Source of the DNA: Yuukianura sp. NJ FZ-2021
Lineage: Eukaryota
Length of the DNA: 64,000 bases
NCBI GenBank assembly: GCA_046563655.1
Contig: CM102285.1
Coordinates: 7,750,001-7,814,000 of the forward strand
Reading direction: 5' to 3'
A model generated the notes under the pieces. The model saw only the letters and a program-made list of their open reading frames with translations, was not told the DNA's origin and ran no database searches. How positions within the stretch are numbered: the stretch's first letter is position 1; each line of letters opens with the position of its first letter. A program made the translations under genes and the position numbers. This document shows, one piece after another, positions 60,022 to 64,000 of this stretch.

Positions 60022-61045
60022 CATAGAGTTGTCAAGACTACGATTTTTCGTTTTTTCTTAACTAGAGTGGACATGAGGCAGTTTTTCAACAAAATTTTTG
60101 AAGCAAATTAAAAGATGTAAAAAAAAACCATTTCACCTGAACTTTAAGCCCGGTTCTCACGACGAAATTCAAACGTTCTTTCAAACTTTCTAAAATTGTT
60201 AATAGAAAAAAAGTTGAAAAGACAGTCAAATAATTTTTGAATTCCAAAGGGTGGATCTTTGGTTGGTGAATCGTGGAGCCAAATAAACTTCTTGCTAATT
60301 AACTTTACTGCAAGTGAGATTTGTAGAGAACGGTTGTGGCAGTACTTTAGGTACTTTAGAAGGATATCCATAACTTCTGAGCTACAGCAGCTTGAAGTCT
60401 CAATTGCAGTGAAACTAATTGGAAGTTAATTTGACTCCAGGGTTCACCAATTGAAGATGCACACTTTGAGCTTCAGAAACTACTTGACTGTTTGTGTCGC
60501 CTCAAACTCCAAACAAATCAGTGACACCCGTGTCAGATCCATAGTTCCTAAATGGGAGAATGACCTGGTGATTTCTACCATTGATGTATACTTAGATAGT
60601 AAGTAGATAGTAACTTAGATGTAGATGGGTTGTTTAGATGTAATTAACTTAAGTATCAGTAATTTAATTAGAATTAGTAAATAGTAACTTCAATTTAACT
60701 TTTCGCCAAAGCAATTTCAGCAGCAGAAGCAATTGTTGGGTTGCTGCCGCTGCCACCTCTTCTTGGCACACTACTAGTCACCATTTGTATCATGACAGAT
60801 ATGCGCGGATATTTTGTCTAAAAGAAAACCTGCTTTTCGCATTTTTATTCATAATTTTAGAAATTTTGTAAACTGAAAATCTAAATTTCGTCGTTTGTGT
60901 GAACCGAGCTTAAAGGTCAGGTGAAATCGGTTTTTTACCTCTTTTAACCTCTTTTAATTTGCTTCAAAAATTTTGTTGAAAAAATGCCTTATGTCCACTC
61001 TAGTTAAAAGAAAAAACGAAAAATAGTCGTCTTGACAACTCTATG
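60022..61045. mobile_element. P-like MITE with long TIRs (1024 bp)
   Basis: CATAGAGTTGTCAAGAC ... GTCTTGACAACTCTATG; TSD ATTTATAT. Confidence 0.9.
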
Positions 61046-61129
61046 ATTTATATACCGTGCCTGATCTGATTTACCTTGTCCATTAAAAGAGGAATTCGGT
61101 TCATTCCAGTGACTGGTCAAGAAGCACTA

Positions 61130-62872
61130 ATGGACTTGCCACGACGGTCAGCCAGAGTTTCTGCTAAGAAGCGACGTGTGACGACGGAAGGTAGCAATGA
61201 AACCGAAAACGTCGAAGACTTACGCCGAAAAATATGTAAAATATATATATATATTATGTTGAAATCGTATTTCCTCAAAGGGTAATTTTTTTTCCCCATT
61301 CTTAGCCAACTTGGAACGAAAGTATACAAAATTCTATCACGATAATTTAGAAGATCGCAAGTCTTATTTGGAAAAAGCCTTTGTGTTATTTAGAAAAGCA
61401 ACTGAACGAGTAAAACAGTAACTTAATTGGAATTGGATTAAAGGAGCCAATTATGACCAATTTATACTTTTCAGGCCACAAGTCTGGAACAACAACTTTT
61501 GAAAATCAGGACAAGACATGGTCATAAAACTCGAAATTTTCAGACTCGAATTAATTCACAGCTGAAAGAAAATTCCAAACTCGCCGCAGCAATTTCCAAA
61601 CTGAAGAAGAAAAATGAAACGCTCGATCTGAAGTTGGCGGAGCAATCCACAAGGGAAAAGAACTCTGTTCAACAATTGCAGCAACGAGCAGAAGAAGCAG
61701 AAAAGGGGGCTGCTAAAGCTAAGCAAGAGACAGCAATTCTGCAGAGTCAATTGGCAGAAACGGAGAATCGGCTGTCCAAGTCACAGGAGCTCGCAAAAGC
61801 AAAGAATCAAGTAGCTCAAAAACAAAATGACTCTTACAAGAAAGACCTTGAAGCTGCACGAGAAGCCCAAGTTAATTTGAGCAACGATTTGGTCACACTG
61901 CAAACAAATCTTACAAAAGTGGAGAATCTTCTTGTGACGGAGCAAACCCAGTGTCAGAATTTGAGCGCAGAGTGTCGAAAGTTGGAACAAGAGAATGACA
62001 TTTTCCGAACGTAAGATTTTTCGAAATTCATTTTTTTTTTCAAATTCAAAATTTTCATTCATATTTTTCAAAAGTGTAATTTTTTGTTTGTTGACCTTAG
62101 GTCAACCGTCCAGCGAGAGAATCTTTTGAAAAACCAGTTGCAATCATCCCAGACAGAAATTACTGATTTGAAGGGACAACTGAGAGAAAAGGGAGCCGTT
62201 GAAGAACAACGGAACAAGTTGCGGAGTCAAATCGAAGCGTTGTTTGGAATTGCCACTAAATTGGAACCATCGTGTCGTACACCACTGGAGTTTGACATTG
62301 CATTTAGAACAACACAAGAACATCTAGTCCAACTACAACATGACAACTCCACTTTGAAACACAAGTAAGCTAAATTGTACTTCTTGGCTTCAAACTTTTA
62401 ATTTCCCATTGTTTCAGAGTTCAAAATAATGATGAGAAAATGAAAACTTTGGAAATGGAGGTGAACAAAACTACGGAGTCTGTTCAAACGTTGGCCTCTG
62501 AAAAAGAAAAACTGAGCTTAGATTTGACAAAACTCTCACGTCGATTGGCTATGATTGTTGAGGTAACTTATTACTTGAAGTATTTATTTCATTTATACTT
62601 AATTAACTTAAACTAATAACTTAATAAATTATTAACTTAGTTAATTAATTGTGATTTGTCCAGGAGCGTGATTGGTTACAAAGACTGAAGACATCGTATG
62701 AGAAGAACTTTGAAGAAAGTTCATCGGAGATTAATCCACGGCAAGTGCGGATTTCTGACGTGCAGACTCTTGTTTCACTTTACGAGGAAGCTCTGGCAGC
62801 GAATGCTTCACTAAGAAATTCTTGTGAAGACTGTGAACGACATTCTGCAACTATCGAGAGGCTGCAGTCAGA
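61130..62872 (+). CDS. Coiled-coil host protein, exons 61130-61235, 61306-61409, 61475-62010, 62101-62364, 62418-62562, 62664-62872; probably continues beyond; weak MAD1 resemblance
   Basis: Five GT-AG introns join the exons in frame without stops; heptad-rich; N-terminal KKRR NLS-like motif. Confidence 0.8.
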
Positions 62873-62925
62873 GTTAGTTTTCCAAAAATTCAAAATTTTG
62901 AAGTTTGCTCTAGAAATTATCCAAG

Positions 62926-63320
62926 TAGTGTTGCACGGTTCCGGTTCTTTGGCAAGAATCGAACCGGAACCGGAACCGGAACTGTCTCTCGGTTCCCAAA
63001 ATTTCGAAGAACCGAACCGGAGCCGGTCTGAGAGTTCCGTTCTTGGCTTGGGAATCGAACCGGAACCGGAACGAACCGAGAACTGCGGTTCTGGGAACCG
63101 GTCGATTTTAAAGGTATACTCCCTCCCGTAGCTTTCAAAAAAAGCCTTCCAGATCATGCGGCGTAATAGTTTCGTCAATGAAACCCGTTTGATTAACGTC
63201 GAACAATTAAATTGTGACTTATAATTAGGGGTCCGAATCCGGAGAGAGTTTCTTAAAATCCGGATTTCGGATTTCGGCGGATTTCAAAATTGAAATCCGG
63301 ATTCGAATCCGGATTTCCAG
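62926..63320. mobile_element. hAT-like MITE fragments with GAACCG and CGGATT subrepeats
   Basis: Starts TAGTGTTGCACGG (~62926) and TAGGGGTCCG (~63226) with short subterminal repeats; partner ends not seen. Confidence 0.5.
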
Positions 63321-63424
63321 AAAAAATTTTTTACAGAGTTATCAAAAGCAAAACGCGTGTTTTTAATAACCGTATTCATATATTTACGAACAAACATGCA
63401 GCGCGTGATACCGTCTGGTCATGA

Positions 63425-63620
63425 TTCCATGTGAAATGGCCAAAACAACTTGGCGAAAAGTGAAATGGTCAGAGGTGAAAAGGCCAGAATTGAAATGGCC
63501 AAAAAATGAAAAGGTCAAAATGTAAAAACGCCAAAAAGAAAATGGCCAAAAAATAGAAAGGCCAAAAAGTGAAAAGGTCAAAATAAGTCAAGGCCAAAAA
63601 GTAAAAAGACCAGAATTAAG
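63425..63620. repeat. ~15-bp tandem repeat array (GAAAAGGCCAAAAAGT-like), probably a TE subterminal region
   Basis: About a dozen degenerate units. Confidence 0.75.
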
Positions 63621-64000
63621 GAAGAAAACTACTTTCAGTGGGTAACTCAATTCTTCTTCAATTCAATTCAATTTTCTTCAATTTTTAAATACAAATATGA
63701 CCCCCTGCCGCGAAAATACATTTTCTTCTGCCTTAAATATTTCGAATTTTTAGAAGACGTAGAAAATGAGAAATACTTCATGTTAACTTTTTCTAAACAA
63801 ACAAATCCCATTTTTTGAAGGTTAAAAAAACCTAATCTAAACGCTATAACAAAATTGTTTAAGCACTTAAAAACGTAACCTAACCTAACAAAATATAAGT
63901 TGAACCCAGTATTACCCTAGTATTGTACCTAGTATAGTAGTGAACCCTAGTATTCTATTTACCTTGAGTTGAACCTATTTTGAGAAAAAATTAGCGAGAG

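Noticed and set aside
62745..63178. EPEP/GSGS-rich ORF extensions
   Set aside because: Read-through into GAACCG repeats of an intronic MITE fragment.

Overview
AT-rich eukaryotic genomic DNA, probably an arthropod (inferred from short GT-AG introns, TATA plus TCAGT-type initiators and scattered TTAGG motifs). Bases 1 to ~13440 are the right-hand part of an integrated Polinton/Maverick (adintovirus-like) element. It encodes a minor capsid protein, a basic core protein, the major capsid protein, an adenain protease, an RVE integrase (one-base frameshift), a packaging ATPase and a ~1426-aa protein-primed PolB. The PolB gene is split by three short spliceosomal introns, one inside the catalytic YTDTDS motif, and has three N-terminal C2H2 fingers. 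The element also carries a 58-aa Cys-rich micro-ORF absent from the ORF track, and a subterminal array of Helentron-like hairpin/microsatellite units. It most likely ends at ...CTACTACT (13440). The rest is host DNA rich in non-autonomous elements: six DINE-1/HINE-like copies (two head-to-tail dimers), P-like, hAT-like, Mutator-like and mariner-like MITEs with readable TSDs, a tRNA-derived SINE and a solo LTR. It also holds a ~3.3-kb local duplication, ABCB6-like and aldo-keto reductase pseudogenes, two secreted Cys-rich protein genes and the 5' part of a six-exon coiled-coil gene. All family assignments come from motif recognition by eye; no searches were run.
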